NCBI GenBank assembly: GCA_016839515.1
Contig: JAEOUE010000207.1
Span: 1 to 64,000, forward strand
Reading direction: 5' to 3'
Length of the DNA: 64,000 bases
Source: Candidatus Hodarchaeum mangrovi
GTDB taxonomy: Archaea > Asgardarchaeota > Heimdallarchaeia > Hodarchaeales > Hodarchaeaceae
Shown: piece by piece, positions 8,740-20,024 of the stretch
How positions within the stretch are numbered: the first letter of the stretch is position 1
Layout of the letters: every line of letters begins with the position of its first letter
Position numbers and translations under genes: made by a program
The notes under the pieces: generated by a model
The model's database searches: none
Told to the model about the DNA's origin: nothing
Seen by the model: the letters and a program-made list of their open reading frames with translations, nothing else

Positions 8740-10254
8740 TTACTTTAAAAGTGGCGGTTTCCATTTCCTTCCTGTGGGATTGAACCAGTCAAATTGAGGG
8801 GGAACGGGACTATGCTCCGGAAGGACACTGAATATCTCCCATTTCACCCGATAGTCTTGAATCAACTGTTCTACCAAAGCTTTCATTTGGGGATTCAAAA
8901 CTGTTGTAATGATACATGATTGATCAGTTCTTCCAATCTGTGCATAAGGAAGAAGATCTAATAGCCATGTTAGCTGTTGAGTAGACATCAAAGGGAGGAT
9001 TAAAATAAATTCATCAGGAGAATAATCAATACGTAACCGATTTACCATGAACCAGATTGATAATATCTTTTCGTCATATAATGCTTTGAGTATTTCTAGC
9101 TCTTCCTTGTGAATACTAGACTCAAGGGGTAAGGTATCGTACTCATAGGGGCCAAAATATGTACAAAATATTTTTACATAATCTGTAAAAGTTTTTAAAT
9201 GGTCTAGCTGCGCATTTATGTTAAAAATTGTTGATAGAAATGCTGTGGACTGTTTTCGTCTTTTTCGAGGTTTAGAGGTGGACAGACGTTTCATGATAAG
9301 GATTTCTTCGGTCTCTGTTAATGTTTTCCATCCTTTATTTATTTCATATTCACTAAGAGAGGCACTCCAGAAAACTTGCTTTATGGGATTAAATTCTATT
9401 AAATTTATACTGTGTTTATCTAAAAGAAAATCCTTTAGTTCATTTACCTCCTCTTTCGTCGTTATTAAGGTCCCAAAATAATCCTTTGAGTTTGTTCGGG
9501 AACGATATATTCTACTCATTTGAAGAAGGGTATTTTTAGGATCCTTAAAGTTTATTATTTGATTCAGTGACACTCCATTCTCAAGCTTCATTTGAAAATT
9601 TATTCGTTCCAACCCAAATGCAGGTAGATGGTATTGGAGAAGCCAAAGAGAGGTTAATGGTTTAAAAAACCGACGTTGATCTGTTCTTCTGGAATAACCT
9701 TTGATTTGGCTTGCAATTAGCTTTCCTAACCGATTTTGATAGAGTAGATTTATTCCTAAATACTTGCACCCATTATAAACTGCTTTAAGTACCGCTAATT
9801 GATCACTATCTAGTGGAATAATAATTTTAATGGATTTTCGTTGCAATTCTTCCCAAGAACCATCTGTAAGTGGAGTAATCTGTCGGAGTAAGTCAAATCC
9901 TCCCTTTTCATTTCCTGTAGATCGAAGAGAACTAACTAAGTATTGGTAAAATCGTGAGGCATAGAACTTCTCCTCTTCCAATAGCTGACCTGATGTTTCA
10001 AAATATCCAACTGCGAACCAAAGAAAAGGTGTGCTGCGATATAATTCAGTGTAACGATAATTTTTACTAAAATCATTGATCTTCTGAATAAGATTTTCTC
10101 GTTGAAGTTTTGTATCTACTTCATAGAATGAAAGAACTGCAATAAAATCGTTTAATAGAATTTGATCATCTTTTGGATATTTTTGAACAAAATTTGGTAA
10201 CAAATTAAGAATACTATCTAAAAATCGTTTATTACTTCTATCTGGTTCCCTCAT
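8740..10254 (-). CDS. Uncharacterised 504-aa protein, paralog B
   Basis: Full-length paralog of 5118..6641. Confidence 0.75.
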   Translation of the reverse strand: MREPDRSNKRFLDSILNLLPNFVQKYPKDDQILLNDFIAVLSFYEVDTKLQRENLIQKINDFSKNYRYTELYRSTPFLWFAVGYFETSGQLLEEEKFYASRFYQYLVSSLRSTGNEKGGFDLLRQITPLTDGSWEELQRKSIKIIIPLDSDQLAVLKAVYNGCKYLGINLLYQNRLGKLIASQIKGYSRRTDQRRFFKPLTSLWLLQYHLPAFGLERINFQMKLENGVSLNQIINFKDPKNTLLQMSRIYRSRTNSKDYFGTLITTKEEVNELKDFLLDKHSINLIEFNPIKQVFWSASLSEYEINKGWKTLTETEEILIMKRLSTSKPRKRRKQSTAFLSTIFNINAQLDHLKTFTDYVKIFCTYFGPYEYDTLPLESSIHKEELEILKALYDEKILSIWFMVNRLRIDYSPDEFILILPLMSTQQLTWLLDLLPYAQIGRTDQSCIITTVLNPQMKALVEQLIQDYRVKWEIFSVLPEHSPVPPQFDWFNPTGRKWKPPLLK

Positions 10255-10373
10255 CTAATATTTCTCTGTAACAATGATAATTAAAATTCTTAAATCATGA
10301 GTTATTTTTATATATTTTTATTAGTTGGAAGCATTTTTCAAATGAACCCCTAGAATCATTTCTAGGTAAATTT

Positions 10374-11870
10374 TTGAATCCTAAAATAGATAAAATCAGC
10401 ATTATGTTCTTTACAAAAACCCAGTTATTACTCTTTATTTTCATCTTCCAAGGCTTTATCATCCTTTTACCCTCCCTAAGTTTTGAGGAAAAAATTCCAT
10501 TACAAGATCCGACTCCTGATTATATTTTTTATAACGGGACGATAATTACAATGGAAGAAACTCAACTTATAACGGAATCAGTGGCTGTTTTAGGTGATAT
10601 CATTAGTGCTGTTGGAAATGAGAGTGAAACTTTTCGGTTTGCTGATTCCACTACCCAATTTATCAATATGCAAGGAGCAACTTTAGTTCCAGGTTTTATT
10701 GATTCCCACTCACACTGGATTGGTGATCGTGGATTAACAAATATGACTGAACTTACTGATGTTATTGATTCTTTAATTTCCTATGGCTGGACCAGCATTT
10801 CAGAATTATTTGTGAATCAAGATCGATTAAATGAATTACAAGCTGTCGATGAAGCTAATTTATTGAAGATACGCGTTAATTGTTATCTCCCTCTGGGGTA
10901 TGGATTTAATCGGTTTGGGGACTGGTATCAGACCTATACACCTGGCTATGAATATAGTCCCCAATTACGGATCGCAGGGGTTAAATTATTTGCAGATGGG
11001 TGGTATTTAGATCCAGTTAATTATATTAATCAAACTGAAATGAATCAGCTCGTTCAAGAGGCTCATTCTTGGGGTTTTCAAATCGCTACTCATAGTGTGA
11101 CCCCCAATGCGACTGATATTGTACTCAATGCATATGAATCGGTGATAGGTAATGAACCTAACAACTTACGCCATCGTATCGAACATTTGGTTCTCCTCCG
11201 AAATGATCAAATTTTTCGTTTAGCTGAATTGAATATATTAGGTTGTATTCAACTTCCTTGGTTCAATTCGGATTGGAATGATCGTATTGAACCCTTAATC
11301 GGCCGAAAATGGGCTGAAATAACTGGTAGATGGCAGGATCTCCTTAATACTGGTATTCATCTTTTGGGTAGTACTGATTATCCCTATGTTCTAGGGGATA
11401 TTAGAACACCCCTTGGCGCTATCGCTACAGCTGTTACACGGATAGGAACCTTAGGTGACACACCAACCGATTTTATGCTCAACCAAACGATTACCCCTGA
11501 ACAAGCGTTACGAACATTAACAATCGATGGAGCTTATGGCACATTCCAGGAAAATATCAAAGGAAGTATTAAATTTGGCAAATTAGCAGATTTAGTAGTG
11601 CTTTCAGATAATCCACTCACGATTCCAGAGACAGATCTAAAAAATATTGAAGTCTTAATGACAATGATTAATGGGGAATTTGAGTATATTAAACCAGATA
11701 GTCCAGACACCACTTCTAGCCTTTCTAGCACATCGATGATTAGCACAACATCAGGGACATTAGGATCAACTTCCACTACAATTCCTCCCTTAACGACATC
11801 AGCTCCTTTTTTACCATTTATAATTCTTGGTGTTTTATTAATTGGCATAATACGGACTAGGAATAAATAA
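10374..11870 (+). CDS. Amidohydrolase 3 (YtcJ-like), secreted and C-terminally anchored
   Basis: [35 protein letters not shown]; N-terminal hydrophobic signal; S/T-rich linker plus TM plus basic tail. Confidence 0.9.
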   Translation: MNPKIDKISIMFFTKTQLLLFIFIFQGFIILLPSLSFEEKIPLQDPTPDYIFYNGTIITMEETQLITESVAVLGDIISAVGNESETFRFADSTTQFINMQGATLVPGFIDSHSHWIGDRGLTNMTELTDVIDSLISYGWTSISELFVNQDRLNELQAVDEANLLKIRVNCYLPLGYGFNRFGDWYQTYTPGYEYSPQLRIAGVKLFADGWYLDPVNYINQTEMNQLVQEAHSWGFQIATHSVTPNATDIVLNAYESVIGNEPNNLRHRIEHLVLLRNDQIFRLAELNILGCIQLPWFNSDWNDRIEPLIGRKWAEITGRWQDLLNTGIHLLGSTDYPYVLGDIRTPLGAIATAVTRIGTLGDTPTDFMLNQTITPEQALRTLTIDGAYGTFQENIKGSIKFGKLADLVVLSDNPLTIPETDLKNIEVLMTMINGEFEYIKPDSPDTTSSLSSTSMISTTSGTLGSTSTTIPPLTTSAPFLPFIILGVLLIGIIRTRNK

Positions 11871-11926
11871 TACAGAATTATTTTAATTTCAAGAATAGTA
11901 ATATTGAAGACAACAAAAATTTCTTT

Positions 11927-12532
11927 TTGGTGTTCATTTATATGTTTCATGATATTCCGAATAGTATACAAGAAAGAATGAATTACCTAAGAACCTTAGA
12001 TGCTGCAGATCGTAAAGATGGAACTCCTTTACTACAACGGTTACGACAAGTACCCCCTGAAACTGGAAAATTTCTTGCTCTTATTGCATCAAATGCGCCC
12101 AAAGGACAGTTTATTGAAATAGGTACAAGTGGTGGGTATTCAACTTTATGGATAATTCTTTCTTGTATGAAAATAGAAAGAAAAATCAAGACATTTGAAG
12201 TCCTTAAAGAAAAGGTACAATTAGCAAAAGAAACATTCAGAGTAGCTCAAGTAGAACCATATGTTGAATTAATTTTTGGGGATGCACGAGACTATTTGGA
12301 AAAAACTGAAGAAATTGCATTCTGTTTTTTAGATGCAGAGAAAGAATATTATAAGGCATCTTATGATTTAATCATTCCAAAAATGGTAAAAGGTGCATTT
12401 CTTATCGCTGATAACGCTATCAGCCATAAAGAGGATTTAAAACCAATGTTAAACCAAGCTATGACGGATAAGCGCATAGATTCTCTGATCGTTCCAATAG
12501 GAAGTGGTTTACTGTTTTGTAGAAAACAATGA
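11927..12532 (+). CDS. SAM-dependent O-methyltransferase (YrrM-like)
   Basis: [27 protein letters not shown]. Confidence 0.9.
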   Translation: MVFIYMFHDIPNSIQERMNYLRTLDAADRKDGTPLLQRLRQVPPETGKFLALIASNAPKGQFIEIGTSGGYSTLWIILSCMKIERKIKTFEVLKEKVQLAKETFRVAQVEPYVELIFGDARDYLEKTEEIAFCFLDAEKEYYKASYDLIIPKMVKGAFLIADNAISHKEDLKPMLNQAMTDKRIDSLIVPIGSGLLFCRKQ

Positions 12533-12632
12533 ACTATTAATTCTCAAAAAAAATAAAAAAGACTAAGATAGTCCAAATTTAGGGTAATTACGATTTTGAA
12601 TCGTAAAAAGAAATAGCTTAAGGAGAGATAAA

Positions 12633-13094
12633 TTATATTTCCGATTCTAGAAAAATAATTGACTCTTTCTCCTTAAATCTTAATTTATTCTTAAATAGGT
12701 TCAGGGAAGGCGTATTATCGCCTTGGATATCAGCTACAAGCTTTTTATATTCTTTTGCTCGATAAATATCAATCAGAGCTTTAGCAAGTTCCTGTGCATA
12801 CCCCTTACCACGGTAGCTCTTGTCCACTGCAATCCACTCGAAATAACCAACATCGGTTAGATGTTCATAACTAGGATGGCCTATGGCAAAACCAATGACT
12901 TTTTTTCGAAAAGTTGCAACCAAGGATAGCTCAGGATATTCTTCTATAATCTTACTTAGCCCTGTCAATGTCCAGTAGCTATAAGCATAAGCTTTTTCAC
13001 TACCTTTTTCCTTTATGTAAGCTGTAACTCCGAGTTTAAAAACCGCAGGGATGTCTTCTATTTCCATTTTTCTTATAACTATTCCAACAGTCAA
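12633..13094 (-). CDS. GNAT-family acetyltransferase
   Basis: IAVDKSYRGKGYA..NTPSLNLF. Confidence 0.9.
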   Translation of the reverse strand: MTVGIVIRKMEIEDIPAVFKLGVTAYIKEKGSEKAYAYSYWTLTGLSKIIEEYPELSLVATFRKKVIGFAIGHPSYEHLTDVGYFEWIAVDKSYRGKGYAQELAKALIDIYRAKEYKKLVADIQGDNTPSLNLFKNKLRFKEKESIIFLESEI

Positions 13095-13095
13095 T

Positions 13096-15303
13096 TCATG
13101 CTACCTCTGAAATTATTGTCTTCCCTTTTTTTTTACTTTCACGTGATTCCACGAAAATTGATCCTCTGGACTTAAAATACCCCCAAGCAAGCCAAAGTAG
13201 GATTAAAGCTGAAAAGAGAAGCACGATTATTATTACAGTAAGTTTAATCGGTTCCTGAATCTCTAAAGGAACATTTAAGGCTGATAGAAAACTATCAAGT
13301 AATGATATCTGAGCAAATCCTGCAATTAAAAGAGTTACAACTTTTATCAACCTTTGTTGACTCTGAGAGACTTTTTCATTGTACTTTGAGAGGATATCAT
13401 CAGCAGTTCTAACTATTCCTTTTTGTGATTCTTTCACCATGTTAAGCTTCTGCTCTAGAGACTGTACAATAGGATCAATTCCAGTATTGTCAATCAAAGT
13501 GGTCATAAATTCAGAATGATCAAAAAATCTAAGCGTACCTTGATTTCTTAGCAGTTGAATAGACTGAAGTGCCAATAACTCAAATTCTGTAATTTCAATT
13601 GACCTTTTTCGTATTTTTGTGATGGCATCAGTCATTTTTGATATTTTAACCTGTTCTAAAGATCTTTTTGCCTCTTGAACTTGGAGAATTAATGAAGAAC
13701 GAACTTTTTCAGCCATAATATCAAAACTAATAATTAGTGTTGAAATCTCATTGACAAGTCGTGCACAAGCCATAATCTGTTGTATGATCCAATCAGGGTC
13801 ATCTGGCATAAATACAATTAAATTATGCCGTGTTTGGATAATTAGATCAACCTCATGATTTCTAATCTCTGCTAGATTTGTCCAAGGTTTTTCTGACTTT
13901 TGAATCCAGTCATCTAGAGCAGATCGTCCTTCAAATAGAGGTATTACAATTCCTTTGAAATCAGGACTCCTTTGTAAGTCTTTGTAATGATTTACAGGTT
14001 CAGTTGTGCCATTAAACGAATTTTTAAGACAAATTTTTCTAATTAAAATCCTTGAAAACCAAGTTCTTTCATGTTCTCTTGGTACCTTGTCCATATGAAA
14101 ATCTTCTAAAGTTTTGGAAGTTTGTTTCCATCCCTTATGGAAATTTATTAACAAATCCTCAAGTTCAATACAAATTTTCTCTAGTTTGTCATATTTTTCA
14201 TCATTCCAAGAAATAACTGTTGTTCCCGTCTGTGGACTAACCAATTGTTGTAATGTCCGTAAATCAGATACATTAAGATTAAAATCATTCAAATCAAATG
14301 AAAAGGTTATAATAGCAATTCCAAATCTTCTAATATAAAATTCAGGCTGAAATTTCAGGGTATGTCCTTTAAACTCAAGTGTTCCTTCTTCCAAGATGAG
14401 ATGAAAATTATCAGCATATTCACTTCCTATTGTGGTCTGTAAAAAGTCATCAAGGCCATCAATACCGGCAGCAACAATAGAAACTTTAGAATTGAATAGT
14501 TTCTTTGAGATCTCTTCTATAGGTTCTTTTGCATACTCATTCAAAATATAATTGGCAAAATCTCCCCCTATATAGACACTTAAAGAGAGGACATGAAATG
14601 AGTCAGTAATAAGAATTTGAGGATCATTTTTATCAATAATTGCCTTTTTTTGAATAAGATTTTGTAGAAATGCATTCACTTCGGTATATGGAATTACACT
14701 ACCTAATTCTTTTAATTTAATAACAAAATTATTGAGCTTTAATATTCGATCGTTATATTCAGCATTAAACTGTTTCGGATCTGTGGTTTGCAAGAATATT
14801 GTTTCGGCATATTCAGCCATTCCAGCCTGATAATAATAGTACTCCTCCAGTTTATCTTTCATTTTTGAAAGGATTGATTTAGCATCGATTTCTTCTGGAT
14901 ATAATTCTAATGTTTTTTTAGAGATATTTGCTGCCTCTTTGGCATATTTTGCCATTTTTTGGGGATTATTCCCTATCAAACCATTTTCAACCTCAACAGC
15001 CCGTTTTACAACTTCAGAGAGTGCAGAAAAGCTTTTTACTAGAATTAATTCATGATCTTTAAGCTCATCGAATAGATCATTGAAAAATTGAATACTCTGA
15101 TCTAATTTTTCAATGATTGAATAGTAATTATAGCTTTTTTCCCACTCATCATTTGCTTCAGCAAATTTCTTTATTCCAAGAATAATATTCAAGGAAGTCT
15201 CGAAAAGTTCTTTTCTTTTTATTTCTTCATCACAACAAAGAATGATTGATTCATATTCTTCCTCAAAATAGAGTTCTAAAATATCATCAGGTAGGTTAAA
15301 CAT
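13096..15303 (-). CDS. Large hypothetical protein, helical N-terminus with C-terminal coiled coil plus 2 TM (CorA-like tail)
   Basis: 735-aa ORF; C-terminal QQRLIKVVTLLIAGFA..LTVIIIVLLFSALILLWLAW. Confidence 0.6.
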   Translation of the reverse strand: MFNLPDDILELYFEEEYESIILCCDEEIKRKELFETSLNIILGIKKFAEANDEWEKSYNYYSIIEKLDQSIQFFNDLFDELKDHELILVKSFSALSEVVKRAVEVENGLIGNNPQKMAKYAKEAANISKKTLELYPEEIDAKSILSKMKDKLEEYYYYQAGMAEYAETIFLQTTDPKQFNAEYNDRILKLNNFVIKLKELGSVIPYTEVNAFLQNLIQKKAIIDKNDPQILITDSFHVLSLSVYIGGDFANYILNEYAKEPIEEISKKLFNSKVSIVAAGIDGLDDFLQTTIGSEYADNFHLILEEGTLEFKGHTLKFQPEFYIRRFGIAIITFSFDLNDFNLNVSDLRTLQQLVSPQTGTTVISWNDEKYDKLEKICIELEDLLINFHKGWKQTSKTLEDFHMDKVPREHERTWFSRILIRKICLKNSFNGTTEPVNHYKDLQRSPDFKGIVIPLFEGRSALDDWIQKSEKPWTNLAEIRNHEVDLIIQTRHNLIVFMPDDPDWIIQQIMACARLVNEISTLIISFDIMAEKVRSSLILQVQEAKRSLEQVKISKMTDAITKIRKRSIEITEFELLALQSIQLLRNQGTLRFFDHSEFMTTLIDNTGIDPIVQSLEQKLNMVKESQKGIVRTADDILSKYNEKVSQSQQRLIKVVTLLIAGFAQISLLDSFLSALNVPLEIQEPIKLTVIIIVLLFSALILLWLAWGYFKSRGSIFVESRESKKKGKTIISEVA

Positions 15304-15596
15304 GATTTCTGGTTTTTTTTTTGATCTATTAAAATGTTTTATTGCAAGAGGTTCAATCTTAATTCCATTATCAAAACTCTAAAACCTCATCAACAGATGT
15401 ATCAGAATCAAAGATTATTTTACACTATCAGTCTCAAAAGTATTGATAAGTCTTTAAATGGAATGAATTAAGGCAAAACTATTTAATCTTTAGTTTTCTT
15501 TATTTTTTCACCAGTTCTGGGAACTGTTTTAATATAACGTCTTATTTGGCAATAAATTTTAATATTTTCAGGTTTTTTTCTTAGGTTAGATCGTCT

Positions 15597-16421
15597 ATGT
15601 TCAAAATAGGGTTAACAATCCAAAAATTTGGAACAACTAATCCATCCAGTTTGGTCAAGTTTGCTGCTTTTATCCGTTTAGAACATATTGAATTTGATAT
15701 TTCCGTTTTTGATGACATTGAGGCAGTAATCCCTGTTCTTAAATCAAAACAAACCGCTATTCATGCTCCATATTATGAGGATTATAAATTAGACCTTTCT
15801 TCTAAAAACCCTGAGTTAGATTCTCTCATAGAGAATATTATTAATTATCAAAAGGAATTAGAAATTATTGGAGTAATAGTACATCCTCCTGTAGATCCTA
15901 AAGGCGATCTTGATCTCTATTACCAACGATTAGATCATTTACCTGTTCTACCACTCCTTGAAAATATGCCCCATCAACCTTGGAATCAATTTCTTCTTCA
16001 ATTTCATACCACTCAAGAAAATATATCCCACTCTCTAGGATTTTGCTTTGATATCCCTCATTCCTATATAACTAATGAAGATCAATTCTTAAACCTACCA
16101 GATTCTTTAATTAACTTATTGAAACAAAATTATGGTTATATACACATTTCAGGGGGAAATAAAAATAAAGATACCCATTTTGCACTTTTATCAGAAGGAG
16201 AAATGCCCATTCCTCCAATTAAAACATTTTTAAGAAAACTTCCATTTAAAGGAACTGTAACCATGGAACTTGCCCCTCGCAATTTTAATGAAATTGATAA
16301 AATGCTTCGATCTTATTCTCAGATGCTTGGTATAGCAAAAAAACCCCTGAAAAAACTTGAAAATGAAATTAAGCGCCCATTTCTTATGAAAAAAATCCGA
16401 AAATTTTCCAGTGGTTCTTAA
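15597..16421 (+). CDS. Xylose-isomerase-like TIM barrel (AP endonuclease 2 family)
   Basis: IHAPY, LLENMP, CFDIPHS, IHISGG..DTH, TMEL. Confidence 0.8.
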   Translation: MFKIGLTIQKFGTTNPSSLVKFAAFIRLEHIEFDISVFDDIEAVIPVLKSKQTAIHAPYYEDYKLDLSSKNPELDSLIENIINYQKELEIIGVIVHPPVDPKGDLDLYYQRLDHLPVLPLLENMPHQPWNQFLLQFHTTQENISHSLGFCFDIPHSYITNEDQFLNLPDSLINLLKQNYGYIHISGGNKNKDTHFALLSEGEMPIPPIKTFLRKLPFKGTVTMELAPRNFNEIDKMLRSYSQMLGIAKKPLKKLENEIKRPFLMKKIRKFSSGS

Positions 16422-16681
16422 AATTCATGAAAGTAGTAAAAGTAATAAAAGAATTTATTCAAAAATGTCAATAATATTTAGTTGAATTATTCAAAGTCAA
16501 TTGATTTCTGTTGACTTTGTTAAGAATTTAACTTATTTAGAGTTATGATTAGATCAGCAATAACATGATTGGAGATATATGGCAATATAATTTTGTTGAC
16601 AAATTAAGAGTAAATGTTATAAAGTTGACTTAACTAAAATAAATTAAGAAAGATAATATTTTGAATTAAGGTGATACTTAC

Positions 16682-17290
16682 TTGACCTACTTTATTGTTA
16701 CTGGTGATTTAATTGCATCTCGTGAGATTCCTAACCGTGCTCAAATTCAAAAAGACCTACAAAAAACTCTTGAAGACATAAATAATCGATTTGCTAAAAA
16801 TATAGTTTGTCCTTTTGTCATTGGATGGGGAGATGCATTTCAAGGAGCATTAGTTTCGCTTTCAGGACTATATGATATTATTGAATCTTTTGAAAACCAG
16901 CTTACTATTAAATTTCGATGTGGAATTGGTATTGGGGAAATTTCGACAGATTTTAAATTAAATCCGCTGGAAATGGATGGCCCAGCATTTCATGCCTCTC
17001 AATTTGCCTTAGCTGAAGCGAAGAAGAACCAAAACTTTGTCTGGATCAAATCTGAACGCGGACAATTTGATATGATTATTAACACACTTTGGCTTCTTCT
17101 TTCTACCATTAAATCTGGTTGGACAGAACGTCAATGTGAAGTTATCCAACTACGTCGTATGAGTCTAACATATGTAGAGATAGGCAGGAAACTTGGAATC
17201 ACCAAACAAGCAGTTTACAATATTCTTAAAAGTGCTCAATGGGAGGCTGTAGAGCATGGGATTAATACTCTAAATCATTTAGAATACTAA
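16682..17290 (+). CDS. SatD-family protein with C-terminal HTH
   Basis: TGDLIASR, GDAFQG, RCGIGIG, MDGPAFH, WTERQ..TYVEIGRKLGITKQAV. Confidence 0.85.
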   Translation: MTYFIVTGDLIASREIPNRAQIQKDLQKTLEDINNRFAKNIVCPFVIGWGDAFQGALVSLSGLYDIIESFENQLTIKFRCGIGIGEISTDFKLNPLEMDGPAFHASQFALAEAKKNQNFVWIKSERGQFDMIINTLWLLLSTIKSGWTERQCEVIQLRRMSLTYVEIGRKLGITKQAVYNILKSAQWEAVEHGINTLNHLEY

Positions 17291-17303
17291 TTTTACAGAT
17301 TAA

Positions 17304-17720
17304 ATGGAGAAAAAAATTATGGTACCTCTTGAAGTAATAATTCTTTACCTTATAGGAATTTATATGATAGTAGTAGGGGGAGGTGTCGTCTTTGTTTCGT
17401 TTACTTTGAGGATTTTACGAATGTTCCAAGCTGATAAGGATAATATGACTAAAAACATTACGAAGGGATTACGGGGTGCTGGAATTTTTGTTGGTATATT
17501 AGAACGTGCCATCGTTCTAACTTTAAGTCTATTAAACCAATTTGGGGCAATTTCCTTCGTTTTCTTGGCTAAATCTATGGCTCGGTTTAAACAGCTTGAA
17601 CAAAGAGATTTTGCTGAATATTATTTAATTGGAACACTGACCAGTTTTTTTATTGCTTTATTAGGGGGAGTTCTTGCTCAGGCACTCTATCAAGTTCTGA
17701 TAGTCCCTTTCTTTCCATAA
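17304..17720 (+). CDS. SatD-associated membrane protein (DUF3307 C-terminal-like)
   Basis: AGIFVGILER..AKSMARF..AEYYLIGTLTS. Confidence 0.8.
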   Translation: MEKKIMVPLEVIILYLIGIYMIVVGGGVVFVSFTLRILRMFQADKDNMTKNITKGLRGAGIFVGILERAIVLTLSLLNQFGAISFVFLAKSMARFKQLEQRDFAEYYLIGTLTSFFIALLGGVLAQALYQVLIVPFFP

Positions 17721-17854
17721 AATCTGAGGATATGTTGATTAAATGTACTGAAGGAACAATTAGAAATAAGAAGAACATAAAGATGTATTTTTTTTCAATA
17801 CAATCTTAGTGTGCTAATATACTCTCACAGATAAAGATCCTTGAATATAAGCTG

Positions 17855-20017
17855 ATGAGAGTTATTATTTTGAGTATGCAAGGATTTCATTTTCTTCATG
17901 TTCCTCAAAACCACGATCATACTGGAGTGAAAGTATTTATTAACACAGAATCCATCTTTTCTCTTGAATATTTAATAACAGAACCATCTACAATTAATAT
18001 TCATATGATCCCAGTTCAAAGAAAGAGCTGGAGGAAAAAATCTCTTAAAAAAAATTTAGCTATAATTCAACAATTCGCCTCAAGTCTCGGATTACATCCA
18101 GACTCTCATCTCATTGACTTTTCCCCAACGAACCCGATTCTCGAATTACTTCAGAGTGAGTTCCAATTTGAATCTGAAGGAACGAAATATTATTGCGGAG
18201 GGGTAATAGGAAAGAAAAACAAAGAACCTTTCGCTATTAGACCTTTTACAACAAATTTTATTGATGATCTTTTGGAGATCCTTACTGATTCTCCTCATTT
18301 TGCAGTGATCCAGCTAGTTTTTAAATCCGTTCCTCTTCCTAAGGGGGTTAAGTTAGATGAAGAGGTAGAACATAAAAGATCTCATGTAAAATTCAATTTA
18401 AGAGAAGGAAAAGTTGAAAGGAATTACTCAGGAATTAGTAGACAGAATATTGTTAATGAAAGTGGTTGTTTTGAATTCTCACCACGAATACTGTTAATTG
18501 AGACAGATGTTGACATTCTTGCTACTAAATTAGAAAGAATATCTGTTATCTTTTCATCTAGTGGCTTTAAATCTCAAATTCATCCTACATTTTTTCGAAG
18601 ATTTTCTTTTTTCCGTAAAATCATGCAAAAAAGGAAACTTATATCCTCTAGTCTAATAGATGGTTATTCATTGATGAATTATATTGCATTACCAAAAAAC
18701 CAATATTCTCATGAAGGCTATAAGATAGTCCCGAATAAATCTTATTATTCTTTAACAACAAGTCCCTTATCCCATATAAAACAAGAACGAATTAACCTTG
18801 GTGTTCCAATTCTTAGCGGTAAGACCTCAGATATTCCACTCACAATAGGAGGTAAGGAACTGAGTCGTCATATGGCTGTTTTTGGTATGACAGGTGAAGG
18901 AAAAAGTAGGTTCATCTACAGCTTGATTAAAGAATATTCAAGATATGGTAGGAAATTCATTATAATAGACCCAAAAGGAGAATATCTCCCCCCTGTGCAA
19001 AATATTTGCTCTGATTTCATCTATCTCAAACCTGGAAGCTCTAATTTTCCTTGGGGGATTAATATTTTTCAAATCCCCAAAGATAGTCAAGATAAGAACA
19101 TAATTCCACAAGAAGATCATATACAATTCGTTGTTTCTGTTCTTGAAAATGTTCTCGATGAACATGATAATATCACACCCCAAATGCGACGGTTATTACA
19201 CTTAGGAGTAGAATCTACTATTTTAAAACAAGGTAATCTTGGGATTTTTCTTGACTTCTTCAAAAACATTCCGAACTCTGAAATAAAAGGACCATATATA
19301 GAAAATTCTGCAATTGCTATGCTAAATCGCTTTCAAAAATTTCGTTTTGGTAATGTAGGACGATGTTTTTCAGTGAAACAGACATCATTTGAAATAGTGT
19401 CATTACTTGAAAATAATGTAATCATTGACCTTTCTACTTTTGAAATGATGGAAGATGAGTTGGGCCGTCGTTTATTTTTAGAAGTTCTCCTTCAAAATCT
19501 CTATTATCATCTCAGGACTTCACGTCCTCCGATTAAAGAGGAATCCCTTCCAAAAAATATTTTAATAATGGATGAAATCCAGAAGTTACTCCCTTCGAAA
19601 TCTAAATGGAATAATTTTCCAACTTCAATGATCAGTAAAGGCCCGTGGACCTTGCGTGCATATGATATTTCAATGATTTTTGTGGGAACCGATCCAATAG
19701 TAGATCAACCGATGTTATCTAATACAGGTATCAAAGCAGTATTTTTTACAACATTTGATCCAAATGTGATTGCTAATATGTTGGGTATTCCACGTAATGA
19801 GTATGAACAGTTACGAAAATTATTAAAAATTAAGAATGATGAACATAGATGTCTGTTAGCCATCAATGGTAATATATCATTAATAAAAACTAATAATTTT
19901 CCATTAGATCCCATTTCTAACGATCTTTACTTAAATTTAGAATTAAAATCAACTCAGTTAAAGATCAAACAATCATATGAAAATTTAATAATAAACAATC
20001 AAGACCTTATACAGTGA
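17855..20017 (+). CDS. HerA/FtsK/VirB4-superfamily ATPase (DUF87)
   Basis: RHMAVFGMTGEGKS (Walker A), IIDPKGEY, LIMDEIQ (Walker B), LRAYDI. Confidence 0.85.
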   Translation: MRVIILSMQGFHFLHVPQNHDHTGVKVFINTESIFSLEYLITEPSTINIHMIPVQRKSWRKKSLKKNLAIIQQFASSLGLHPDSHLIDFSPTNPILELLQSEFQFESEGTKYYCGGVIGKKNKEPFAIRPFTTNFIDDLLEILTDSPHFAVIQLVFKSVPLPKGVKLDEEVEHKRSHVKFNLREGKVERNYSGISRQNIVNESGCFEFSPRILLIETDVDILATKLERISVIFSSSGFKSQIHPTFFRRFSFFRKIMQKRKLISSSLIDGYSLMNYIALPKNQYSHEGYKIVPNKSYYSLTTSPLSHIKQERINLGVPILSGKTSDIPLTIGGKELSRHMAVFGMTGEGKSRFIYSLIKEYSRYGRKFIIIDPKGEYLPPVQNICSDFIYLKPGSSNFPWGINIFQIPKDSQDKNIIPQEDHIQFVVSVLENVLDEHDNITPQMRRLLHLGVESTILKQGNLGIFLDFFKNIPNSEIKGPYIENSAIAMLNRFQKFRFGNVGRCFSVKQTSFEIVSLLENNVIIDLSTFEMMEDELGRRLFLEVLLQNLYYHLRTSRPPIKEESLPKNILIMDEIQKLLPSKSKWNNFPTSMISKGPWTLRAYDISMIFVGTDPIVDQPMLSNTGIKAVFFTTFDPNVIANMLGIPRNEYEQLRKLLKIKNDEHRCLLAINGNISLIKTNNFPLDPISNDLYLNLELKSTQLKIKQSYENLIINNQDLIQ

Positions 20018-20024
20018 GAGAAAA

